64,000 nt of DNA from an uncultured Gammaproteobacteria bacterium (GCA_964409875.1 CAYPEN010000002.1:1067-65066), one strand, 5' to 3'. Positions 1-8,905 are shown, counted from the stretch's first letter. Translations and numbers: made by a program. Notes: generated by a model from the sequence alone, not told the origin.

Positions 1-215
1 TTGTGATGCTCCGCATCCTCTACGCGCCGCGCTTCAGCGATGACGCTGTCGCACTGCTCGCAGGGAAGGTGGATCTCGACCGTCGCACGAGCGCGCTCGT
101 TGATGATCCTACCCAAGGCGTAATCCTTGAGCAGAAGGTTGCTGGGGTGACCACTGTCTGGCATTTCTTTACCCCTCCTTGGGGCTTTGCGGATTCCACC
201 GCGGGACTAGTCTTC

Positions 216-590
216 TCAGGCAACAGCCCTTGAAGATGCACGCTTGGTCGGCCTCCTTCGGCGCGATTTCTCACGCCGCAATTGTTCCGACCGCTGCTTG
301 GCCTTGCAAAAGTCATCGAGATACATCCACTCAGTGGCTCGAAGACCTTTGCGACCTTCGGAAACCCGCAAGCGGATCTCCAAGCCTCGGGCCGCATCCC
401 GTTGACTTGCTGAACGGGAGTACGCAACTCCGTTTGGGGTGGGGTACGGCTGAACTCGCTGGTTCTCGTGGAGGAAAATCCGCTCCACGGTTCCGTCGCC
501 TCGGGCGAACCCGAAGACAGAATCGAACCAGACTATCTGACCCACGATGAATGCCATACCATTCTCCTCGAACAGTGTCTCTCCCGGCAT
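216..590 (-). CDS. hypothetical protein (about 124 aa)
   Basis: High-GC ORF. I chose the internal ATG at 588-590 (MPGETLFEENG...), which sits 13 nt after the stop of the upstream gene. The frame choice is uncertain in this high-GC region. Confidence 0.3.
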   Translation of the reverse strand: MPGETLFEENGMAFIVGQIVWFDSVFGFARGDGTVERIFLHENQRVQPYPTPNGVAYSRSASQRDAARGLEIRLRVSEGRKGLRATEWMYLDDFCKAKQRSEQLRREKSRRRRPTKRASSRAVA

Positions 591-603
591 AACCGGGCCG
601 ATG

Positions 604-1101
604 TTATCCCACCGATACACTGGTAGGGGTTTGCGCGAGCTGGACGGAAACCGTCCCAACTCTGCACTCCCCCTCAGGGTATCGAAGCGAGATAGTGTCG
701 TTAAGCACTCCGAGTGCAGCCTGGGCGTAATCCCCAACCGCCTCATTGAGCGCTTGTATGGTCGGAGGGTAATGGTCCGCAAAACGGAGCACTCCCTGCC
801 AGAACGTTGGGGAGACCACGGTGTCATAAAAGGCACCTATCTCCTTTGTGATAATGACTTCAAGCGAGACTTTGTAGAGTTCTCCTCCATGGAGGACATC
901 AACATCTACTTGTTCGCTTCTTGGGGAAGGCGCTAACTCGGCCGCTGATGCTATCGGTCCTACTGTTCTATTGGTAAAGCCTATCAGCAGAATACCGACC
1001 AAAGCGATGAAAGCTAGCACTCCCATGCCTGTATTTAGCTGATGAAGGAAAACAACACCAGCCATACCAAGTACGAAAAGAACGACTTGCCTACTGGGCA
1101 T
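604..1101 (-). CDS. hypothetical membrane protein (165 aa)
   Basis: N-terminal hydrophobic helices. A strong SD (caaaggagggtgcgATG) lies directly upstream, and an AT-rich promoter-like unit lies further upstream at 1130-1420. Confidence 0.5.
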   Translation of the reverse strand: MPSRQVVLFVLGMAGVVFLHQLNTGMGVLAFIALVGILLIGFTNRTVGPIASAAELAPSPRSEQVDVDVLHGGELYKVSLEVIITKEIGAFYDTVVSPTFWQGVLRFADHYPPTIQALNEAVGDYAQAALGVLNDTISLRYPEGECRVGTVSVQLAQTPTSVSVG

Positions 1102-1411
1102 CGCACCCTCCTTTGTTTTTGTTTCCGCAATGACGAAGACAACAGATATATCTTCACCATAGCGGAAACAATACTTAGGCTGCGCTCAGTCTATCAATTT
1201 ACTCACTTGTTCGTAAAATCTCTCACAGATTGTTAAAGTGCAAAGCACTTCAAGCTATGCTTAAAGTGCACTACTTCAAGCTATGCTTAATGTGCAAGAT
1301 AATGTACCGCAAACGTGCTTCAGTTTGCGCGAATTAATGCCAGAGCATTATATCATTTGGATAAATTGGAAACAATTATTATGGGTCTTTATTGCTGGAA
1401 GTGAATTTTTG

Positions 1412-1507
1412 TGGTTAGCCCCACCCCTTCTATTTGAAGAGGTAGGGCCGTTGGTGTCCTTGGTTTGCTTTTATCAAACCTTAGACGCTTGCGAAAGATT
1501 GGTCGCT
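1412..1507. repeat. Repeat A copy 1 (about 90 bp with internal hairpin ccccacccc...ggtagggc); likely terminator
   Basis: About 90% identical to 3075-3166. It sits downstream (3') of the minus-strand gene set 1978->1571. Confidence 0.6.
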
Positions 1508-1570
1508 AATGTTGGTTCATTGCTATCCAGGCAACGGCCACGAGTGTAACAACGGTGACAAACACCCGGC

Positions 1571-1756
1571 TCAAGAATTTGGAGCCTGGGGCTTTTCTTG
1601 TCCGTCATCTTCAACCCACTGGGCCTGGATTCGGGCGACGGCCTCATCCCCCCAGTCGGGGGAACATGACTCGTCGAAATTGTTGTACAGGATGTACTCC
1701 AGCTCGCTGGCTGAAGGTGGTTGAACGCTGGGAGTTGCTCTGGGTGCGCTCGCCAT
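1571..1756 (-). CDS. hypothetical small acidic protein (61 aa)
   Basis: ORF directly downstream of, and translationally coupled to, 1760..1978. Confidence 0.3.
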   Translation of the reverse strand: MASAPRATPSVQPPSASELEYILYNNFDESCSPDWGDEAVARIQAQWVEDDGQEKPQAPNS

Positions 1757-1759
1757 CTT

Positions 1760-1978
1760 CTAGCGGTTATCCCACCAGATCTTGGCAAGCACTGCTGTTG
1801 CAGGCAGATACACCAGTACCGCTGCCAACATGAACCAGACAGACCTCCAGAGCCGTTTTCGCTCGGCCTCCTCTGCTGCTATCATCTTCCTGGAATCTCG
1901 GAAGGCCAGCGCCGTGACGACAATGATCCCAAGACCCAAGAGGAGAATGGACACTCCCCGGTCATCGATATGTACCAT
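1760..1978 (-). CDS. hypothetical small membrane protein (72 aa, 2 predicted TM)
   Basis: Strong SD (aaggagg) 7 nt upstream of the ATG, and two hydrophobic segments. Confidence 0.5.
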   Translation of the reverse strand: MVHIDDRGVSILLLGLGIIVVTALAFRDSRKMIAAEEAERKRLWRSVWFMLAAVLVYLPATAVLAKIWWDNR

Positions 1979-2066
1979 GTGATACGCCCCTCCTTGAGGC
2001 GTTTTCGTATTGTGAGCTCAGTTCGAATTGACGAACCCGATGTTGCCAAAGCAGAGCTGAAAAGCT

Positions 2067-2303
2067 CTACTCGCCCTCTTCTTCTGAACCCTGGTGAGGG
2101 TTCCTTTTCCGCTCGATGAATTCGGTGACACGCTCGAAAGCGCGTAGAACATCCTGTGCGATACGCGCCAGGTCTGTAAGGTCTTTTCCTGCAGTGTGGG
2201 CCGTATCAACGATGATGTGAACACGACCAAAGCGCCGCGGAACGGCACTCTCACCGCGGGAACGGGCAACCTGGTCCCGAATTGAGTTGAGATCCATTTT
2301 CAC
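2067..2303 (-). CDS. hypothetical protein (78 aa)
   Basis: SD (gaggag) upstream. Coding-like composition. Confidence 0.45.
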   Translation of the reverse strand: MKMDLNSIRDQVARSRGESAVPRRFGRVHIIVDTAHTAGKDLTDLARIAQDVLRAFERVTEFIERKRNPHQGSEEEGE

Positions 2304-2307
2304 TCCT

Positions 2308-2709
2308 CTAGACTACAGGTGTGTCGGTAGTTGCCGACCGCGCTTGCCGTTGTTCGAACTTGAGGACGTATTTGTCCCAGAGGGACTTTATGGTCCAAGG
2401 CGAGGCTTTGTACTTGCCGTTTTGTTGAGCATGCAAGTCAAAGTGCAACACCAAATCGCACACGACACGGGGGAACCAAAATGTGGCCTCATCAATCGAG
2501 GCAACGCGATAGCTCACCCTACCTTTGAAGATGCAAACCATCTTAAAGGTGTCAAAGTGGAAAAAGATGTCTTGTCCATGAGTGAGCTCATAGAGCTCGG
2601 TGTTGTTGGGTGGCCGGATAAATCCGAACCTCCCGTAGTAGTGGACGGCTTCTACCGGTGCCTCCGCCCCTCTTAGAATTTTCATCCATACCTCTTGGCT
2701 CATGACCAA
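2308..2709 (-). CDS. cold-shock-domain-like (OB-fold) protein, paralog of 4371..4772
   Basis: The motif YGRFGFIRPP...GQDIFFHFDTF resembles the CSD consensus KGFGFI..G.DVFVHF. It is about 35% identical to the product of 4371..4772. Confidence 0.5.
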   Translation of the reverse strand: MVMSQEVWMKILRGAEAPVEAVHYYGRFGFIRPPNNTELYELTHGQDIFFHFDTFKMVCIFKGRVSYRVASIDEATFWFPRVVCDLVLHFDLHAQQNGKYKASPWTIKSLWDKYVLKFEQRQARSATTDTPVV

Positions 2710-2830
2710 TACTCACCCACAATCGCTTGCAGATGGCAACCAAACTACTAACCAATAACTTATAGCTACTAGCTAATAATGTTGTTGCCACCTGCAAAAC
2801 TTCGAAAAGTTTGAAACAAACTTTTCTCAA
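2708..2830. repeat. Repeat B copy 1 (about 120 bp, low GC) at the 5' end of a promoter-like unit
   Basis: Near-identical to 4801-4922 (aaccaaactactaaccaataacttatagctactagctaataatgttgttgccacctgcaa...). It sits immediately upstream of the CSD-like gene start. Confidence 0.65.
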
Positions 2831-3074
2831 AATGTGTTTTATGGCACTTACTTTAGCAAATGCCAGCGATTTTGCTACGCAAAATCTTTCGCAAGCTGTA
2901 AAAGAGCGTTTGCAGGGATTTGCACGCTAATTCGCAAATCTTTCAAACACAAGGGAAAATTATAACAGAACCGCAAATTCAAAGCAAATACTATAGGGCA
3001 AAAAATATGCAAGGCGAAAATTTTTACAAAAAAAGGATTGTTTGAGTGAAGATAACTGATGTATATGTAGGGAA

Positions 3075-3166
3075 TAGCCCCACCCCTTCTGTTTGAAGAG
3101 GTGGGGCCGTTGGTGTCCTTAGTTTTATTACAAAACCATGGACGCTTGCGAAAGATCTAGTCGTCA
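3075..3166. repeat. Repeat A copy 2 (hairpin-containing, terminator-like)
   Basis: Matches 1412-1507. It is immediately downstream of the minus-strand gene 3157..3447. Confidence 0.6.
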
Positions 3167-3447
3167 GACTGGGGATAGCGAGGCCGTTCTCCGGCGAGAA
3201 ACGCCTCGTAGGAGACAAACTCACCGACTGGCCCGATGTTGCTGAAGATGCGCGACGTTGCGTACACCTTCTCGATCCCAACAGCTGGTTTCCTGCCCGT
3301 AAAAGGCGTGTACTCGATGGTAGTCCTGCCTTCTCCAAGGCAATCGCGGCATACGACGCCGACACCTTTCGGTTCGGCGTAACCGCGATAGACCCCTGTA
3401 CCGCCACAAGGGCGGCACTCGACTTCGAGCTTGACTTTGTCTGTCAT
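3157..3447 (-). CDS. zinc-ribbon protein with two CxxCxGxG motifs (DnaJ-type zinc-finger-like)
   Basis: Contains CRPCGGTG and CRDCLGEG. An SD lies upstream. Confidence 0.5.
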   Translation of the reverse strand: MTDKVKLEVECRPCGGTGVYRGYAEPKGVGVVCRDCLGEGRTTIEYTPFTGRKPAVGIEKVYATSRIFSNIGPVGEFVSYEAFLAGERPRYPQSDD

Positions 3448-3477
3448 GCTTACCTTTCTGCTTTCTCCAGGACTGGA

Positions 3478-4038
3478 CTACGCCTTGGGGCCGATTTTAC
3501 CCGCCGACTGGCGGTACAGCGGAGCGACCTGCAGGATTTGACCTGATTGCGTTCCGTTAATCACAAGTGTCGCACTCGGTGCGGTGTAGCTTCCGAAATA
3601 ACTCTCAAGAAGCGCAATCGCCACCGAATAGAACTCGTCGTCTGTCTTGTAGCCGCTGGGCTTGCTGAACAAGGCGCCGGCAAGCTTCGTCCCCATAGTC
3701 TGTATCTGGTTGCTCGCGCCGGCAGGATCGGTGAAACATCCCATGACGCGGATGCCGATCACCGGATCGGGTGCCCCCTTCTCGTGGTACTCAGTCCCCG
3801 TGGGGAAGAGCGCGTCGAAAAGGACTATGACTGCCCCACCGGTGCAGCGGACACTCCGCTGTCCCGAAGGAACTGTTGAGCGTGGAATAACAGTTGGACT
3901 TTGCACAGGTTGGATAGGACCAACGGGTGCTGAGAGGGTTGGTACCGGCGTTACTGCTGGTGTCGGTTTTTCCGCTCTGTCACCGCATCCTACGGCAACA
4001 ACGGCCACCATCAAGGCGGCCACGATAACGACTTTCAT
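3478..4038 (-). CDS. putative lipoprotein (186 aa)
   Basis: Signal peptide MKVVIVAALMVAVVAVGC with a lipobox Cys. SD ggagagg upstream. Confidence 0.55.
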   Translation of the reverse strand: MKVVIVAALMVAVVAVGCGDRAEKPTPAVTPVPTLSAPVGPIQPVQSPTVIPRSTVPSGQRSVRCTGGAVIVLFDALFPTGTEYHEKGAPDPVIGIRVMGCFTDPAGASNQIQTMGTKLAGALFSKPSGYKTDDEFYSVAIALLESYFGSYTAPSATLVINGTQSGQILQVAPLYRQSAGKIGPKA

Positions 4039-4107
4039 GTGTATCCTCTCCAGTTGGGTTCGTGCCGAAAACCTCGGTCAGGTCCCCCGAGGGGGTCGTA
4101 GCCGAAG

Positions 4108-4375
4108 CTAAGCTGTTGCGAGCTGGCGAGCTGGCTCGCCCAGGAGACGCGCGTAGTAGCGCTCCTCGATCTTTTTGGCCACTGCCTCCATCGCCTTGAT
4201 GAGGTCGTGGCCGGACAGCACCTGCACGATGAGCCTGGTACCTTGCCAGAACTTGTGTTCGATGGAGACTTCTTGGCCCTCCGCCATCCTGGCGGTGTAG
4301 GTGAAGATGTCGTCCCGGATCTGAGCGGCCACCCGCAGTGCGAATGGAAGCTCGTCGTTGGTGTTGATGATCATC
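4108..4375 (-). CDS. hypothetical protein (89 aa)
   Basis: I chose the internal ATG (MIINTNDELPF...) because it has a strong SD (aaaggag) 7 nt upstream. Confidence 0.45.
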
Positions 4376-4772
4376 GTGAAGCTCCTTTGATTTCGGTGTG
4401 GGGTTGAGTTGATGGCTGGCTGTAGAGACGTGTCCATTCGAGGACCGCGTCATCCCAGAAGGGTTTGGGGCACCATTTCTGTGCCCTGAATCCCTTTGTT
4501 GTCCTTTGGAGTTCGAATGCGATTTCCTTCCCCCGCTTGAGGAAGGTTTCCGCCTTTTCGATCTCTTTGGGAGTTGGTGTTTCGGTTCCGAACTCTACTC
4601 CTCCGGCTGTTATAACCGGCAGAAAGAGAGCGTCCAAGTGCAGGAGGATGTCCTGCCCCTGGGTAAGCCTTGCGGCTTGGGAGCCCTTCGGAGGATGGAG
4701 AAATCCATACCTCCTTTCTTCCCGGCGGAAATATGTATCCACCGGAGCGCTTAGCGGAGTCGCTAAACTCAC
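4371..4772 (-). CDS. cold-shock-domain-like protein, paralog of 2308..2709
   Basis: RYGFLHPPKGS...GQDILLHLDALF. Homologous to the 2308..2709 product. Confidence 0.5.
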   Translation of the reverse strand: MSLATPLSAPVDTYFRREERRYGFLHPPKGSQAARLTQGQDILLHLDALFLPVITAGGVEFGTETPTPKEIEKAETFLKRGKEIAFELQRTTKGFRAQKWCPKPFWDDAVLEWTRLYSQPSTQPHTEIKGASR

Positions 4773-4800
4773 CTGCCTACCTACCTGATTGCCTTTCGGC

Positions 4801-4922
4801 GATACTCATCCACAATCACTTGCAGATGGCAACCAAACTACTAACCAATAACTTATAGCTACTAGCTAATAATGTTGTTGCCACCTGCAATACTTCGAAA
4901 AGTTTGAAATAAAATTCTCTCA
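4801..4922. repeat. Repeat B copy 2
   Basis: Near-identical to 2708-2830. It is followed by a promoter-like AT-rich unit homologous to 2830-3075 and 1130-1410. Confidence 0.65.
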
Positions 4923-5560
4923 TAAGGTATCTTGTGGTCTTCGCAATAAATTGTTCAGCCCAAAGATTTTCCTTGCATGCTCGTAAAAAATCTAGCATGC
5001 GACAGTTGTCGTATCGAAGATTTCTCACTTCGTTCAAAATCTTTCGCAAGTTGTTAAAGTGCAAAACAAAGCCAAAAGTATTTTTGTGCTTCAAGCTTTG
5101 TATAATTTTCTTTCTTTGCCCTTTCAAAACATGCAATACGTTTTTTCGAGGCAAAAACAGACAGAAAGTATACCAAAAAACAAGAGGAAATGCAAATACT
5201 ATGGGTTATATTTTATGTGTATTTTTGTGCTACAATCACAACTATGGAAAGAGTTGAATTGCCATCAATTGTCCAGGAGGCAAGCAAACAAATTATATTG
5301 TTTGCTGGTATAGCAGTACGACTTGCGGTATGTCCTGGAGATGATATAGCCCTCGTAAGTGGCACATTTGCAGCCGGTACCGGCCGTGACAATGGGGTCA
5401 TGAGGCAATGATGCCTACTCCACTTGAATTGGACTTAGCGGATAAAAGAAACAGGCGGTTGCCAAAAAGTCTTCGCTAGCCTCAGCCGAGATAGTCAGAC
5501 CTCGCTTAACGTCTCTATATCATAGAATTAATTGCAGCAAAGCTGTGATAACACGATGTA

Positions 5561-6550
5561 TCACGCGGCATTAAGACGGGAAAGGAAGGTGTTGTTTGCG
5601 TGTGCAACCACATTTGAAACAGCAGTCGGATACAATCCTCTATCAAGCATCCCATCCACCCATCGTTCAAAAACATCAACCGTAGCCTGGCGATAATGTG
5701 CCAGTATAATAGCACCCCTTGGAACATTCAAAGGCATGTCTTCAATATTTGCATACCAATTGAGTGGCAAAAAACCCATTTGCTCATTCCAGTCAGTTGT
5801 ATACTCACTAAAAGCTCCTCCGGGAGGCCTCACATACGGCTTGGTTGTCTGATTGAATTTTTCGACCAACCAATCCTCTGCTGCATATAAATCTTCTTTA
5901 AAAACATCCCATGTGGGAGGCACCCCTGGCACCGGTGAATTACGCTGGTCGCGGTGCGTTTCGGTATGATTACCGTATTCGACTATTTCAGAATCCGCCA
6001 ACATTTGCACCATATCGGGATACGCTTTACGCTGTTGACCTTTCATAAAATCAGTAAAGGTTATTCCCTTTTTTTGGGCAATCGCAAGTATGGTTTTTAT
6101 CGCCTGTTTGTCAAATCCATCATCAATGGTGAGGGCAACGAGCGGAGCATCCGTTTCTATCACTCGTAGTGGTTCATTAGTGCCTCGAGGGGTCTTTGTC
6201 AAATTTCTCATCTGCTCGTAGGTATATTCTGGCTTGCGAGCAATAAACTTAGTTTCTTTTCTAACCTCTTTTTTTGTCGGCTGTACAATTTCTTCTCCCC
6301 TGGCAATTCCGGGAATAACTAGTTGATGCTTTTGAGGCTGATCAACCACCGGAGTCGCTTCAGCACCCTGTTGCAAGGAATTCAATCCAGTTTTGATTTG
6401 AAACAACCGCTCTTCCGGGCTCAACGAATAGAGGCTTGCTCTTTGAGCTCTCTTACGAGCGGGTTCTTTGCTGGTTGCAATACCGATAGCAGCTGCAATG
6501 CCTCCTAGGGCAACTCTCCCAAATTTGCCTCTGTCTATTCGTCTTTCCAT
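5561..6550 (-). CDS. polysaccharide deacetylase (NodB-homology domain), N-terminally anchored
   Basis: Contains TIDDGFD, HTETHRD and an N-terminal hydrophobic segment. The start is set at ATG 6548-6550 (MERRIDRG) because the longer ORF-track frame runs through the tRNA gene. Confidence 0.8.
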   Translation of the reverse strand: MERRIDRGKFGRVALGGIAAAIGIATSKEPARKRAQRASLYSLSPEERLFQIKTGLNSLQQGAEATPVVDQPQKHQLVIPGIARGEEIVQPTKKEVRKETKFIARKPEYTYEQMRNLTKTPRGTNEPLRVIETDAPLVALTIDDGFDKQAIKTILAIAQKKGITFTDFMKGQQRKAYPDMVQMLADSEIVEYGNHTETHRDQRNSPVPGVPPTWDVFKEDLYAAEDWLVEKFNQTTKPYVRPPGGAFSEYTTDWNEQMGFLPLNWYANIEDMPLNVPRGAIILAHYRQATVDVFERWVDGMLDRGLYPTAVSNVVAHANNTFLSRLNAA

Positions 6551-6601
6551 ATGAGGTGAAATATACGCTTTTGAGTAGAAAATAGCAAGAAAAATTTTTT
6601 G

Positions 6602-6673
6602 AGCCGATGGGGAGAATCGAACTCCCGACCTATTCTTTACGAAAGAACCGCTCTGCCACTGAGCCACATCGGC
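6602..6673 (-). tRNA. tRNA-Thr (anticodon CGU)
   Basis: Cloverleaf read by eye: acceptor GCCGATG/CATCGGC, D-arm GCTC-AGTGGCA-GAGC, anticodon loop TTCGTAA, T-arm GGGAG-TTCGATT-CTCCC. CCA is not encoded. Confidence 0.85.
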
Positions 6674-6685
6674 ACAATTTAAATT

Positions 6686-6800
6686 ATAACTCAAATCTGG
6701 GGTGGCAAGCGGAGGGGGACCCCCGTCGAGCGCCCGCAACCTGAGCTTGCGAATGGTGAGGATGTCGGACGGGGAGGAGCGCAGACAGGACCCCATCGTC
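6686..6800. repeat. GC-rich element copy 1 (about 110 nt), immediately 5' of tRNA-Thr
   Basis: About 70% identical to 10612-10720 and 28697-28822. It shares the blocks ggggtggc..cgactggg/ggaggggg..ccc and gagga..gacaggacc. Confidence 0.6.
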
Positions 6801-7018
6801 AATCTTCCATACCATATTTTATATTTCCATGAGGCTACTTTTCAATCTTAAACGCCTTATTTTTCACGGAATCGCAATTTGTAACACTATTATAAACCAA
6901 AAACAAACACTTTTATGATTTTTAATTGCACAAACAGCGCTAAATACATCAATATATATCATTTGAAGCTGGGCAATATTTTCGTCTTTGATCACAATAA
7001 GTGCCCAAAGCCACAAAA

Positions 7019-7039
7019 AACCACGCATTTTGCGTGGTT
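7019..7039. terminator. Perfect palindrome aaccacgca-ttt-tgcgtggtt
   Basis: 9-bp stem in the AT-rich intergenic region. Confidence 0.4.
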
Positions 7040-7562
7040 AAAGGTGTAGATAAGCCTCGCACAAAATCTTGAGCTAGTTTAGTTTCTGCCGAAACGAAAC
7101 TTCGATGAAGCGAGGCTTTATTTCGAGGCTTAAAGAAACAAGCTCGCTTACGACGTACTGCGTTCACTTGTATAATTTCTGCTCTTAAGCAAAGCTTGAG
7201 AGCTAATAATTCCTGCTCTTAAGAGAATGAAAAATGGCGATTCCCCGAAACATAAGTTGGGAAAAGCTCACCCTCGGACCTAAATCTGAGCGTATCTGCT
7301 TTCTTTGTGCCGGAAAATCCGGTACATACCCTGTTTCGAAAGTTGTAGAGGAAAACACGACCATTTTCCATCTACTCAAGAGCATATCTAGTATATCGCG
7401 CGCCATTAACAAGTCAAGTCTTGACATCACATTTTCTTTGTGGAATTAGCAAGGGGGAGCTATCAAAACAACAAACAATATAATCATCTACTACTATACC
7501 GGTGCTATTCCTAACAATTTTTCCTCTTCTCATTCTGTGCTCCTTTCCTATATACTAATTTT

Positions 7563-8333
7563 ATGGACATTATACATGTAGTAATACTTGGGGTAATTGA
7601 AGGACTTACGGAATTTCTCCCCATCTCCTCTACTGCTCATCAAATTTTAGCCTCCCATGTCCTACAGATCCCTCAATCAGAATTTCTCACTACTTTTGAG
7701 ATTGCAATTCAAGTAGGTGCAATCGCTGCTGTTGTTGTCGTGTACTACAAAAAGATACTTTCAAACAAACCACTTTTCTATAAAGCGTGTGTCGCCTTCT
7801 TGCCGACGGGCGTATTGGGATTTCTTTTTTTCAAACATATCAAAAGCCTTCTTACCAGCTCTTTTGTACCTGTTGTTACACTTCTTGTTGGAGGAATTGT
7901 AATAATTGCTATTGAAATGTTTTTGAAAAATTCAAAACATAAAATGAAAACTACCAAGGATTTGACATACAAAGACGCGTTACTGGTAGGTTTGATACAG
8001 TCAATTTCAATGATTCCAGGGGTATCACGCTCTGCCGCTTCAATTTTTGGGGGCATGGCCATTCGCCTAAACCGGGAATCGGCCGTCGAATTTTCTTTTC
8101 TTTTAGCAATTCCGACAATGGTAGCAGCAACAGGTTTGGACCTCATCAAAGAATCAAAAACTATTACGTCAGGTCAGATATTTGAGCTAATTTTAGGTAC
8201 TCTGATAGCTTTTGTAGTAGCACTTCTTGTCATAAAGTGGCTACTTAAGTATGTTCAGAAGAATAATTTTGTGGGATTTGGTATATACCGAATTGCACTT
8301 GCTATCCTCTACTACTTAATATTTCTTAGATAG
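7563..8333 (+). CDS. uppP: undecaprenyl-diphosphate phosphatase
   Basis: Signature EGLTEFLPISSTAH and a polytopic membrane profile. Confidence 0.9.
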   Translation: MDIIHVVILGVIEGLTEFLPISSTAHQILASHVLQIPQSEFLTTFEIAIQVGAIAAVVVVYYKKILSNKPLFYKACVAFLPTGVLGFLFFKHIKSLLTSSFVPVVTLLVGGIVIIAIEMFLKNSKHKMKTTKDLTYKDALLVGLIQSISMIPGVSRSAASIFGGMAIRLNRESAVEFSFLLAIPTMVAATGLDLIKESKTITSGQIFELILGTLIAFVVALLVIKWLLKYVQKNNFVGFGIYRIALAILYYLIFLR

Positions 8334-8340
8334 GAACTGA

Positions 8341-8360
8341 GCCCGCCATGAAGGCGGGCC
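8341..8360. terminator. GC hairpin gcccgcc-atgaa-ggcgggc
   Basis: 7-bp GC stem directly after the uppP stop. It is also the left boundary of a high-GC island. Confidence 0.6.
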
Positions 8361-8377
8361 CGTAGTGTCGAACGTGC

Positions 8378-8905
8378 TCAGAATGTCCAGTTGAGCCGAC
8401 CGCCATGCTCCTGCAGGAGCTTGACGATGTTAGCCCGATTGGGGTTGGCTCGAGCTTGGACCTTGTTCACGACCCGGATAAGGAACTCCCGAACGACTTC
8501 TTCGTCCGAGGCCTCAGAAAGACCGGAGCCGCCAAGCGATATCCCGGCCATGAACACTCCGCCGAACCAGCCGACCGCACCGATGGGAAGTACGGCTGGA
8601 CGACGAGCCCAAACCTGCGAAAGGGTTTGCTGGAAACGGTGTGTCAGCTCCGCCTTCGCCCGGGCGTTGTTCCGGAATCGCGAAGCGAGGTCGCTGTTAC
8701 CGACCTGCTTCTCCCAGAGAAATGCGCTCTCCCATGCTTCCTGCATGAGCAAGGACGTTAAACGCTCGTATGTGAGCGTCGGATTGACGAGGGAGAGGTG
8801 GAAGCCGTCCCGCTCCTGCGCTTTCATCAGATCGCGCAGCATCGGTTCAACCTCCACGAAAGCTGCTTCGCAGTCCTCGGGTGTCAGGAAAAACGGTTTG
8901 TCCAA
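8378..8905 (-). CDS. hypothetical protein (175 aa) in a high-GC island
   Basis: TTG start with SD agaaaggata upstream. The overlapping plus-strand ORF is Arg/Ser-rich and looks like an off-frame artefact. Confidence 0.4.
   Translation of the reverse strand: MDKPFFLTPEDCEAAFVEVEPMLRDLMKAQERDGFHLSLVNPTLTYERLTSLLMQEAWESAFLWEKQVGNSDLASRFRNNARAKAELTHRFQQTLSQVWARRPAVLPIGAVGWFGGVFMAGISLGGSGLSEASDEEVVREFLIRVVNKVQARANPNRANIVKLLQEHGGRLNWTF

Noticed and set aside
1412-3166. Repeat A as an integron attC site
   Set aside because: The hairpin-containing about 90-bp repeat sits between gene runs like an attC, but I cannot verify the R''-L''/L'-R' core structure by eye. The gene runs contain several genes each, and no intI is in the window. 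It is kept as a hypothesis inside the cassette-module finding.
5561-6802. 413-aa ORF for the polysaccharide deacetylase
   Set aside because: The frame runs straight through the tRNA-Thr gene (6602-6673) and the GC-rich repeat element, which happens to be open in that frame. The start was reset to ATG 6548-6550 (MERRIDRG...).
6949-7449. Small ORFs 6949..7167(-), 7203..7430(-) and 7234..7449(+)
   Set aside because: AT-rich, low-complexity translations with no SD context, in a promoter-like region upstream of uppP.
6810-7560. 750-bp ORF-poor region checked for tmRNA, RNase P RNA, SRP RNA or 6S RNA
   Set aside because: None of the conserved cores was recognisable by eye (tmRNA GGGG..UUCGACG start, RNase P P4 elements, SRP GGAAGCAGCCAAGG). 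Only a palindromic hairpin at 7019-7039 was recorded.
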